From positions 32,001-96,000 of IMG/VR virus record IMGVR_UViG_3300045049_000234: DNA of 64,000 nt. One strand, given 5' to 3'. The translations under genes were made by a program, and so were the position numbers. This DNA comes from a virus. Positions 18,082 through 26,166 of this stretch are shown piece after piece. The number at the start of each line of letters is the position of its first letter. Position 1 is the first letter of the stretch. Under the pieces are notes generated by a model. It saw only the letters and a list, made by a program, of their open reading frames with translations, was not told the origin of the DNA and ran no database searches.

Positions 18082-18112
18082 AGCGTAGCACATGCGTTAG
18101 ACGGTCACGCAA
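18082..18112 (-). promoter_or_regulatory. Candidate promoter for the Y-RNA array and Ro60
   Basis: Extended -10 TG-C-TACGCT with CTAAC upstream; weak -35. Confidence 0.45.
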
Positions 18113-18118
18113 CACCAT

Positions 18119-18637
18119 TTAGCCGCGCGCCGCGATGTCGGCGAACATGCGCACGCTGTCCACGATGTCGTCCGTCAGCCCCGTCGCCGGGTCCGCCGTG
18201 ATCAGCAGCGTGGGCGCGGTGTGCGCCGTGCGCCGGTTGCCGCGCGTGAGCATGCCCATGGTGAACCCGTCGTCGATCCACGCGAACGGCCGGATGCCCG
18301 CGTACTGCAACACGTGATCCCACTTCCATTCGGCGGTCACGTCGTACTCGGAGAACCGGCGATTCATCGGCGCCACCGGCATCGGGTCCAGCCCGATCAG
18401 CGGCGCCAGGTGGGTGTTCGCGCGGTCGTTCCACGTGGTCGCCCACACGTGTTCCACGATGTCGTCCAGCGACCGCACGCGCTTGACGTCGCCGGGGTCC
18501 AGCACGAGCGGCACCGGGCGCGGCATGCCGGGCAGGTCGATCGTGTGGCGCAGCCACTCGCCGCCGGTCACGTTCTGGAGCGGGTAGCGGTTGAACACCC
18601 CGTCCACATCCCAGAACAGCAGCGGCTTGCCGGTCAC
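18119..18637 (-). CDS. HAD phosphatase, RNA-repair (Swiss-army-knife HAD) type
   Basis: LLFWDVDGV, VWATTW, PFAWIDD, DPATGLT motifs. Confidence 0.8.
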   Translation of the reverse strand: MTGKPLLFWDVDGVFNRYPLQNVTGGEWLRHTIDLPGMPRPVPLVLDPGDVKRVRSLDDIVEHVWATTWNDRANTHLAPLIGLDPMPVAPMNRRFSEYDVTAEWKWDHVLQYAGIRPFAWIDDGFTMGMLTRGNRRTAHTAPTLLITADPATGLTDDIVDSVRMFADIAARG

Positions 18638-19683
18638 CGCGCCTCGGCCGGGATGATCAGCAGCTTGTCGCCGTCGTACATCTTGCGGTTCACAGACGTG
18701 GACTGCACGAAGATCGTGTACTCCGGGTTGATGTCCGGGCTCACCCGCGTGTCGATGTCCGGCAGCCCCAGGATGTCCCGCGCGCCGTCGCCGACGTACA
18801 CGACGCCGGTCTTCTTCTCGTGGACGGCGATGCGCTTGGTGCGCTGGATCGTGACACGGCGCTTGAGTTCGTAGAAGGCCGCGCCGATCCGGTAGTCCAT
18901 GCGCAACTGATCCACAACCCAGTCACGGATCTCCGCGTCCTCGGTCACCGTGGTCAGCGTGTAGGCGCTGCCAGGCAGCGGGGTGAGCGTGGAACGTACG
19001 GTGTCCCGGTTGACGGCGTCGATGCCGGTGGAGAAGATCGCCCGGCTGCCGCGCACGCCCTGCGCCCGGTTCGCCATGAACCGGTCGGTGGCGGCGCGGA
19101 TCGTGTTGCCGACCTCCCGCACACCGTGCGCGGACGTGGTGTCCCACACGGCGATGTTGTCGGCGGCGAACCCGAACCGCTTGGCCTCGAACACGCCCAT
19201 CTGGTTCGGCACCATCACGGCCACCGTCCAGTTGTCCGGCAGTGCGCGCAGCCGCGCGGACAGGTGCGCGGAGGTGTGGATGCGGCTGCGGTTCTCCTCG
19301 CCGTCGGTGATCACGTAGACCAGGAACGCATGGTCGCCGTAGATCTCCGGCGTCTTGGCCAGATCATCCAGCGCCGTCATGGTCGCGTCGATCAGCGCCG
19401 TGTTGCGCTCGGCGCGGTAGTGCTCCGCGATCGAAGGCAGGCGCAGCACGTCCCGATCGTAGAACACGCATTCGGCGGCCTGTTTGACGCCGGGCACGGC
19501 CTCGTTGAACACGTAGACCGTCGCCCGCGTCTCCTGGTCCATCACAGTGGACCGTTCGGCCAGGTGGGACACCATGCCATCCGTGACGGCCACCACGTCG
19601 CGGGCGAACCGGGACATGGACAGCGAGCCGTCCAGCACGATGGCGATGTGGTTGATGTAGCCCTGTGTGGGGTGTTTGTTCAT
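18634..19683 (-). CDS. vWA domain protein
   Basis: IVLDGSLSM, TALIDA, VITDGEENRS. Confidence 0.8.
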   Translation of the reverse strand: MNKHPTQGYINHIAIVLDGSLSMSRFARDVVAVTDGMVSHLAERSTVMDQETRATVYVFNEAVPGVKQAAECVFYDRDVLRLPSIAEHYRAERNTALIDATMTALDDLAKTPEIYGDHAFLVYVITDGEENRSRIHTSAHLSARLRALPDNWTVAVMVPNQMGVFEAKRFGFAADNIAVWDTTSAHGVREVGNTIRAATDRFMANRAQGVRGSRAIFSTGIDAVNRDTVRSTLTPLPGSAYTLTTVTEDAEIRDWVVDQLRMDYRIGAAFYELKRRVTIQRTKRIAVHEKKTGVVYVGDGARDILGLPDIDTRVSPDINPEYTIFVQSTSVNRKMYDGDKLLIIPAEAR

Positions 19684-19693
19684 GGGTTCCTTT

Positions 19694-20050
19694 TCAGCTC
19701 AGATCGACCACGGTAGGCAGGGGATCGGGACCGGTGTACCGCTGGCACGGGCACCGCACGTCGGGGAGCGGCACGATTTCGACCTGGTACTGCACATAGC
19801 CGTAGGAGTCTTTGACCACCCTGCCGTCGTCATTGCGGATGGCGGTCTTCTGCTTCTCATGCCGGGATGCCACGTGCTGACACACGCCGCTGTCGGCGGC
19901 GTGGAACGCGTACAGGTGACCACACTGGCACACGGGTCCGACAGGGGCGGCCGGTGGCGGCACGGACGCCCTGCGGGGGCGGCGCAACAGCCATCCGGCG
20001 ATCACGCCGCCCGCCGCGTACGACAGGTCGATGCCGTGGATGATGATCAC
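19694..20050 (-). CDS. Membrane-anchored Cys-containing hypothetical protein
   Basis: N-terminal TM; CQCGH, CPCQRY. Confidence 0.6.
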   Translation of the reverse strand: MIIIHGIDLSYAAGGVIAGWLLRRPRRASVPPPAAPVGPVCQCGHLYAFHAADSGVCQHVASRHEKQKTAIRNDDGRVVKDSYGYVQYQVEIVPLPDVRCPCQRYTGPDPLPTVVDLS

Positions 20051-20913
20051 GGGATATCCGCCTCATGGCCGCGCATCGCGCGCCACCGATCCCGCGATCC
20101 CGCGATACCCATGACGTCGCCACGGAGCATGTGCAGGAACTCGTATTCGGCTTCCGTGAGTGCGTCCAGGTCCCACCCGTCGTCCTTCGCTTCCTCGGAC
20201 GTCTGCGGGTGCGGCGGCCTGCCGATCTTCGGAACGTGCTGCCACATGTCGGACCATCCGCTATCGACGTCGCGTGACCCTTCGCGTGCGACGTCGATAG
20301 CCTTCAGCGCGCCGTTGCGATCCCACAACGCCCACGCGTACGGGATGCGCGGCATGGGCTTCACTACGCCATCCCGCATGGCCCGCCACGTGTCGCGGTT
20401 GACGACGTGGCTTGGCCTGATGGACAGCGCGGGCAGTGACGCCTTGTGCAGGTGGTAGCGCAGGAACTCCGCCTCGTGTGCGTTGACGGACTCCATCAGC
20501 CCCTTGTGGACCGCGTGATCGCAGTCCGGAACGCGAAGCTCGATGCGGTGTTCGGGTGCCAGCGCGTTCCACGCGTCATCAACCTTGCGGCCGTGCGCCA
20601 CCGCAAGCAGCGTCCCATCGGGGCGCCACACCGCCCACGCGGTCGTCTGGAATCCCTGGAACTTGAACTCGGGACTCTTCGTGTGGCGGTCTTCCCACTC
20701 GAACGCGACGATGACGTCCTCGCCGTCGCCGCCGATCGTGATCATGTTGTCGGGGGCGTCCTTGCCGTCCCGGATGCGTCCGAGCGCGACCAATTCCTGA
20801 TGTGCGGCGCGGACCGCCTTCATCACCTCGGCCCACGGGGCACCGTCCCCGCGATCGGGGACGGTGTATTCCGCGCGATGGGTGGTGACCTCCCGACGGG
20901 AGTAGGTGGCCAC
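20047..20913 (-). CDS. Hypothetical protein
   Basis: GTG coupled to the stop of 20913-21125. Confidence 0.6.
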   Translation of the reverse strand: MATYSRREVTTHRAEYTVPDRGDGAPWAEVMKAVRAAHQELVALGRIRDGKDAPDNMITIGGDGEDVIVAFEWEDRHTKSPEFKFQGFQTTAWAVWRPDGTLLAVAHGRKVDDAWNALAPEHRIELRVPDCDHAVHKGLMESVNAHEAEFLRYHLHKASLPALSIRPSHVVNRDTWRAMRDGVVKPMPRIPYAWALWDRNGALKAIDVAREGSRDVDSGWSDMWQHVPKIGRPPHPQTSEEAKDDGWDLDALTEAEYEFLHMLRGDVMGIAGSRDRWRAMRGHEADIP

Positions 20914-21125
20914 TAATCGACCACCTTGAAACCGGCGGCGACCAGGAACGTCAGGTGTGCGCCCAGCGCCTCCTCGAAGTCGCCTTCGGGCGTCTGCTCG
21001 CGGTACAGCGACACCTGGCCGTCGATGACCTTCTTCGTGACGATCGTGCCGTTCTGCGCGACGACGATCATGGCCTGCGGGTCGCCGGGACCGACGGCCG
21101 TGGGGTTCTCCAATTCGATGATCAC
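20913..21125 (-). CDS. Hypothetical protein
   Basis: GGAGGAACCC RBS plus GTG. Confidence 0.65.
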   Translation of the reverse strand: MIIELENPTAVGPGDPQAMIVVAQNGTIVTKKVIDGQVSLYREQTPEGDFEEALGAHLTFLVAAGFKVVD

Positions 21126-21165
21126 GGGTTCCTCCCTCCGCGCGGGTCCTCACCCGCGCGTCCCT

Positions 21166-21194
21166 AAACTACACCCGTGCGTTAGCGCCGTCAA
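21166..21194 (-). promoter_or_regulatory. Conserved phage promoter
   Basis: TTGACG-GCGCTAAC..-TAGTTT. Confidence 0.75.
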
Positions 21195-21540
21195 TAGGGT
21201 AGATCTCCACGGACAGCCGCAACGGCTTCGCCGGAGAACCGATCACCATAGACACCTCGACCAGGTGTGACGCGTCGTCGTCAACGAGGACACCCGCCAT
21301 CACGATCCCGTCGATATACGCCTTGAGCGTGGGGTAGAGGTTGTGAGGGTCGCGCCGCCGCCGGTCCGGCGGATGCACCACGCCCACGACCCGTATACGG
21401 TCCATACGCGGCACACGGGCGGCACGCGCGACCCGGAATGCATCCGCCTTCAGATCGCGCGTCCTACGCGCCCGTACGGCCCAATGCAGCCGCTCGTTCG
21501 CGTTGATCAGATCTCCCGGCGGAATGTCCAACACCCACAT
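21169..21540 (-). CDS. rusA: RusA-like Holliday junction resolvase
   Basis: RRRDPHNLYPTLKAYIDGIVMAGVLVDDD. Confidence 0.8.
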   Translation of the reverse strand: MWVLDIPPGDLINANERLHWAVRARRTRDLKADAFRVARAARVPRMDRIRVVGVVHPPDRRRRDPHNLYPTLKAYIDGIVMAGVLVDDDASHLVEVSMVIGSPAKPLRLSVEIYPIDGANARV

Positions 21541-21593
21541 GCAACGACGCTAACGCCCCCGGCACTCGTCCGGGGGCGTTGCGCGGTGCGGGA

Positions 21594-22013
21594 CTACCGG
21601 GCCGGAACCGTCTCGATCACGGTGTACGAGCCGTCCGGCAGCGCGGTGCCGATGTCGCCGCGCACGGAGTACGCCAACATGTGCTCCTCCATGTACTTGT
21701 CCGCCGGAACCATGATCGCGATGGCCGTCTCGCCCTTGGTGAACCGGATGCCGCCCTTGGTGCGGATCTGGCGGCGCACGCGGACCAGGTGGACCTCACC
21801 GGCGTGCGTGTCGGCGTACTGCGGGTACCCCATGACCACGGACCGGAAGTGGTCCACGAAGTCGGCGGCGGCGCGGGTGTTGCCCTGCTGGATGGCGGCG
21901 TAGTAGGGGAGCATCGGCGCGAACACGGCGCCCGCCTCGTTGGACAGGACGGCGGCGCGGTACGCGTCCTGCATGGCCACCTGCGCGGGGGTGAAAGTCA
22001 GCGGAGTGTTCAT
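21594..22013 (-). CDS. Hypothetical protein
   Basis: Cassette with own promoter, leader and terminator. Confidence 0.7.
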   Translation of the reverse strand: MNTPLTFTPAQVAMQDAYRAAVLSNEAGAVFAPMLPYYAAIQQGNTRAAADFVDHFRSVVMGYPQYADTHAGEVHLVRVRRQIRTKGGIRFTKGETAIAIMVPADKYMEEHMLAYSVRGDIGTALPDGSYTVIETVPAR

Positions 22014-22060
22014 CGGGGTTCCTTCCGTCCGGGGCGGTTCCTCGTCCGCCCAGCACCTTC

Positions 22061-22089
22061 AAAGTACCGCCATTGGTTAGCGTTGTCAA
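22061..22089 (-). promoter_or_regulatory. Conserved phage promoter
   Basis: TTGACA-ACGCTAAC..-TACTTT. Confidence 0.78.
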
Positions 22090-22156
22090 GTCGAATGAAC
22101 TGGAAAGACGCACGCCCCCGGCGGGGAACCCGGGGGCGTGCGTTGCGGTGCGGCGG

Positions 22157-22480
22157 TCAGGCGTTGGCGTACGGGCTGTCGTCGTAGACCATGTAGGCGG
22201 TCAGCCCCGCCTCGTACTGCGCCTTCTCGGCGGCATCCCTGTCCGGGAACGCGACCTTGTCCAGCGGGTGACGCTCGGTCCGGTAAGGCGACTCGCTGAT
22301 CACCTTGAACGCGCCGCTGACCGCGCCGGGCTCGGCGTCGTTGGTGCTGATGCTCACGTACCAGTCGCCGTTTCGGACCGTGGCGGGGCCGACGGGGTAC
22401 GCCGGGAAGTGGCCGAACGGCACGTCCTCGATGGTGTAGAGGGTGTAGGGCTTCCATCCGTCGGTGATGCGGGTGGCCAT
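22157..22480 (-). CDS. Hypothetical protein
   Basis: GAAGGAACCCCC-ATG start. Confidence 0.7.
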   Translation of the reverse strand: MATRITDGWKPYTLYTIEDVPFGHFPAYPVGPATVRNGDWYVSISTNDAEPGAVSGAFKVISESPYRTERHPLDKVAFPDRDAAEKAQYEAGLTAYMVYDDSPYANA

Positions 22481-22531
22481 GGGGGTTCCTTCCGGTCGCG
22501 GTCCGGGTTCCTCTCCCGAACCGACATGTCC

Positions 22532-22561
22532 ATAATACGTCCGACGCGTTAGCGTAGTCAA
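22532..22561 (-). promoter_or_regulatory. Conserved phage promoter
   Basis: TTGACT-ACGCTAAC..-TATTAT. Confidence 0.78.
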
Positions 22562-22626
22562 GGGAAATGTACTGCGGAAAGACGAACGCCCCGGCGCATC
22601 GGCCGGGGCGGTTCGACGGGGACGGA

Positions 22627-22974
22627 TCACCATCCCATAGCGCGCTCCTCGTCGGCGGTCGGGTAGTGGTCCGGACCCCAGCACAGATCCGCCGACAGGC
22701 CGTGGTCGCACGTGGGGAACAGCAGGTGGTACAGCGCGTCCCACTGGTCCGGGACCGGGGAGTCCTCCAGCACGGACCAGACGTACCCACCACCGAACAC
22801 GCCCTCGGCGGTCAGCGCCTCGTTCACTTCCGCGTGCCGCCGGACGAACGCGACCGCGTCGCACTCGCGGTAGAACGTGACGATGTAGCTGCGACGCTGG
22901 TCGCAGATGTGCATCTCCAGCTTGAACGGTTCGGCGACGGGTGCGCCGGTGGCAACGGTCGGGAAGATGATCAC
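22627..22974 (-). CDS. Hypothetical protein
   Basis: AGGAGG RBS plus GTG; CDHGLSADLCWGPDHY. Confidence 0.7.
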   Translation of the reverse strand: MIIFPTVATGAPVAEPFKLEMHICDQRRSYIVTFYRECDAVAFVRRHAEVNEALTAEGVFGGGYVWSVLEDSPVPDQWDALYHLLFPTCDHGLSADLCWGPDHYPTADEERAMGW

Positions 22975-23023
22975 GGGGTCCTCCTGCGTCGGCATCGGGG
23001 TTCCTCTCCCCGGTGCGCTACGC

Positions 23024-23710
23024 CTAGACTACGGCGTCCACGTTAGCGTTGTCAAGGGGATCGGCCTGCGAAGTCATCCGCATTCGCCTGCCCAGTTCGA
23101 TCCATGCGTGCCGTGGCCACATCGTGCGGCACCCACGGCACTGGATCTTCTGCGCGTACGGGTCCGCCCACAGCGACGTCCCGCACACCATCCCGTCGTC
23201 CGCCGTCTGCGGGCACATCCCGATCATCCGTGACTCGCCGGGACCGTTGACCTGAACGCGGCACGCCGCCGCCCACTCCCGGATGTTCGCCGCGAACGCG
23301 TCCGCCTCGGCGTGCTCATCCGCCGCCCACGTCCAGTTGTTGCGCAGGAACGTCACCGCGCCGACCACCGACTGCTGCACCGTCCCCCGGAACGGTCGCG
23401 CCGTCCATCCGAGCACCATGCGCCAGTCCGATTCCCAGTAGTGCAGGACGCTGACGATGCCGCCGTGCGCCCGCAGGCTCAGCGGCTCCAGCCGAACCGG
23501 CACCGGCGATCCCACGCGCCCCCCGCCGGACACGCGGGCGTCGGTGCGCATCCCCCACGACGGTTCCAGCATCTCCCCCAACGCCTCGTACAGCGCCGGT
23601 ATCGCCGTCAGGTCGGCGTCCACGTGCGCGATGCACAGGCCGCACACGCGGCGGGTGGACGATCGGCGGCAGATCATGCACTGGACGGACACGGGCTGGT
23701 CAGTGAGCAC
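23024..23710 (-). CDS. Zinc-ribbon-containing phage protein
   Basis: CxxC pairs at both ends. Confidence 0.7.
   Translation of the reverse strand: MLTDQPVSVQCMICRRSSTRRVCGLCIAHVDADLTAIPALYEALGEMLEPSWGMRTDARVSGGGRVGSPVPVRLEPLSLRAHGGIVSVLHYWESDWRMVLGWTARPFRGTVQQSVVGAVTFLRNNWTWAADEHAEADAFAANIREWAAACRVQVNGPGESRMIGMCPQTADDGMVCGTSLWADPYAQKIQCRGCRTMWPRHAWIELGRRMRMTSQADPLDNANVDAVV
23026..23055 (-). promoter_or_regulatory. Conserved phage promoter
   Basis: TTGACA-ACGCTAAC..-TAGTCT. Confidence 0.75.
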
Positions 23711-23752
23711 GGCGCCCCCTCATGGTGTTTTTTATGAGGGTAGCGCCGTGCA

Positions 23753-24879
23753 TCCATGCCTTGCGCAACGATGCCGAGGCCAGCGCCGCCATGCCGGGCT
23801 CGGCCGTGCCGTGCCACGTCGTGCGGGCAACCACCGACTAGCCGGTGACCACCCGCACGACACGGAACCATGCGTTGCCAAGCCGCGCGCTGCGCTGCCG
23901 AGCCGTTACCTAGCCGGGCCAAGTACCGCCATGCGAAGCCGGACCATGCCGGGCACTGCGTAGCGCCGCCTCGCGTGCGCGCCGGGGCCTCGAACCCCGG
24001 TGACATCCGGTCGCGCGCCATCCATGCCGTGCCGAGACAGGCCGCGCGTTGCACTGCCTAGCCCGGCCGTCCACCGTCCGTGCCTTGCCGTACCTCGCCA
24101 TGCGCCGCCACGCCGGACTGAGCCCAGTTCTGCCGAGCATGGGAACCTTGCCGCGCCTCGCATTGCCAAGCCGAGCGATGCCCGGTCTGGCCACGCGTCG
24201 CCCCGCCGCGACCCCACGGCGGGGTTGTCCTTGCGTTGCCGAGCCACGCCACGCCTAACCAGGCCACGCCGCGCACAGCCGCGCCCCGACCCCAGAGCGC
24301 GGGTATCCGTGCCTTGCCCCGCGTAGTCATGCGTCACCTTGCCACACGGTGCGGCGCCAAGCCATGCATTGCCCGGCCGGGTCGTGCCGTGCGCAGCTAT
24401 GCCGAGCGCAGCGCAGCCCAGGGACGGCACGCGGTGGTCCCGCGTACCAACCTTGGGTTGCGCCCTCGCCGCTCGGCCATACCCCGCCTAGCATGGCCGA
24501 GCGGCGCCGTGCGGCGTCCATGCCTTGCCTGGCGTTGCCACGCCAGTGCCGCGCTCAGCCGAGCGATGCCGGGGCCAGCCCTGCCATCGCCTCTGCCCAG
24601 CCAAGACAGCGACACACCGGTGATGTGCCACCGCCCCGGCTGGGTCCGTGCCTCGCCGCGCGGAGCCAAACCGGGCCAAACGTTGCCGGGTCGTGCCCCA
24701 CCATGCCGCGACCCCACGACATGACGTCCATGCCTAGCCACGCCAGACCTCGCACAGCATCGCCTAGCGTCGCCAGGTCCTTGCCAAGCCGGGTCGCGCC
24801 GCGCTACGTCCAGCGTTGCCGTGCGCTGCCGCGCCGGGCGTTGCGTTGCCACGCCATCGCATCGCGAAGCCAGGCCACG
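23753..24879 (-). repeat. Non-coding 5-nt periodic array (GGC-NN)n, about 12 units separated by linkers/hairpins; candidate guide-RNA array
   Basis: Minus strand reads e.g. GGC TG CGC TG CGC TC GGC AT AGC TG CGC AC GGC AC...; every unit ends A[ACT]-GG[AT]. Confidence 0.85.
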
Positions 24880-25446
24880 TTACGCCGCCGCATCCTCGTC
24901 CGGTGCGATGCCCATGGCGCGCATCCGGCGTTCGATGTCAGCGAGACGGCGATCCGTCGCCTCGCTGTGGTTGCGCGTCTCCGTGCGCAGGTCGTCCAGC
25001 GTCTTCTGCATCCGGGCCGTCTTGGACGCCTGCCGCCGGTTGATCTCCATCTGATAGGCGAACGCGGTGGCGACGGTTTCGAACGCGGCGCGCACCGCCG
25101 GGCTTTCGCCGGACAGATCGACGTTGACCGCCTTCGAGTAGGCGCGCTGAAGCTGCCGACCCGCCTTGCGGCCGTGGCGCCGCGCCAGCCCGAGCTGTGC
25201 GACGGCGTCCACGACGACATAGCCGACGCCGCGTACGGCGTCCACGGCGCGCTTCTCGTCCTCCTCGAACCGCCGCGCGGCGTCCCGGAACGCGACCCGC
25301 AGCGTCTGCCGGTCGCGCACAGGGTCCAGCTCCAGCGCTTCGGCCATCTCCTCGAACGTGATCAGATCGCCGATGGCCTTGGTCCGCAGGAGGCCGTACA
25401 TCACCTTCCAACGGGCGGTGTCGCCGATGGGGGCGAACGGGCTCAT
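24880..25446 (-). CDS. Winged-helix plus coiled-coil protein, partner of the RAMP-like gene
   Basis: GDLITFEEMAEAL...VRGVGY wHTH-like motif; ATGA overlap with upstream gene. Confidence 0.7.
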   Translation of the reverse strand: MSPFAPIGDTARWKVMYGLLRTKAIGDLITFEEMAEALELDPVRDRQTLRVAFRDAARRFEEDEKRAVDAVRGVGYVVVDAVAQLGLARRHGRKAGRQLQRAYSKAVNVDLSGESPAVRAAFETVATAFAYQMEINRRQASKTARMQKTLDDLRTETRNHSEATDRRLADIERRMRAMGIAPDEDAAA

Positions 25447-26027
25447 GCGTTGTCCGGGATGACGGTGACGCTGCCCGCGAACCGGCCGTACCGGGGGCGC
25501 CAGTTGCCCAGGCCGATCAGGCTCCCGGCGATGTCAACGATCTGTTCGAAGTCGCCGAGGTCGATGATCTGCGTGTCCACGTAGATGATCGCGGAGGTGG
25601 CCCAGTCATGGAAGATCGGCCGCGTGCGGATCACGCGGGCGTTGTTGACCTTCACGGACGCCTGGTGCCGGAACGACTCGTCGGCCCACAACGCCTCCGG
25701 GTCGCGCGGACCCTTGTAGACCAGCGGATTGACGTTGGACAGGACGATGACGCCCGTCTGCACCTTGGGTCCGAGCTTGCGCTTGCGCGCGGCGTCCAGC
25801 AGCGCGCGATAGATGTTGTCGCCCGGCATGTACGGACCCTGCTCCGAGTCGTGGTACAGGCCGCCCAGGAACTCGGCGTGTGCCATTTCCGCGTAGTCGT
25901 CGTCGGTCTTGGACCGCTTGGCGCTGATCTTCTTGATGGACTTCGCGATCGGGTCCAGCGGATTGGACAGCCGCGCGTTGTGTACCAGCAACGGGCACGT
26001 GCCCGTAACATCCAACTTGATATCCAT
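25443..26027 (-). CDS. Stand-alone RAMP/Cas7-like RNA-binding protein (Vipr-like)
   Basis: 194 aa from ATG after GAGAGGAACCC; GTCPLLVHN first strand, PYMPGDNIYRAL, RTRPIF..W, C-terminal Gly loop GLGNWRPRYGRF. Confidence 0.72.
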   Translation of the reverse strand: MDIKLDVTGTCPLLVHNARLSNPLDPIAKSIKKISAKRSKTDDDYAEMAHAEFLGGLYHDSEQGPYMPGDNIYRALLDAARKRKLGPKVQTGVIVLSNVNPLVYKGPRDPEALWADESFRHQASVKVNNARVIRTRPIFHDWATSAIIYVDTQIIDLGDFEQIVDIAGSLIGLGNWRPRYGRFAGSVTVIPDNA

Positions 26028-26045
26028 GGGTTCCTCTCGATGATG

Positions 26046-26153
26046 ACCGTGCCTCGCGTTGCCAAACCATGCCGGGCGGTGCCGCGCCTGGCATCGCCGT
26101 GCCTCGCGTTGCATTGCGCCGCGACGCCAAACGCAACCGTTGCCACGCCACGC
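26046..26153 (-). repeat. Single (GGC-NN)n unit in the 5' leader of the RAMP-like gene
   Basis: GGC GT CGC GG CGC AA TGC AA CGC GA GGC AC GGC GA TGC CA GGC GC GGC AC ... GGC AC GGT. Confidence 0.8.
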
Positions 26154-26166
26154 GCTGATGTTGACC

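Noticed and set aside
24228-24287. Self-targeting of the conserved TTGAC/GCTAAC promoter by this array unit
   Set aside because: By eye the NN series matched only partly; other units were not tested and a proper gapped search is needed
23753-24879. Simple microsatellite or canonical CRISPR
   Set aside because: The dinucleotide positions do not repeat, units have conserved ends and structured linkers, and there are no 25-40 nt direct repeats
23674-24880. Protein-coding ORFs over the pentamer array (e.g. 23906-24430, 24397-24852, 24349-25584)
   Set aside because: Low-complexity A/R/G/P/W translations in all frames, no RBS, and 5-nt periodicity that does not fit codon structure
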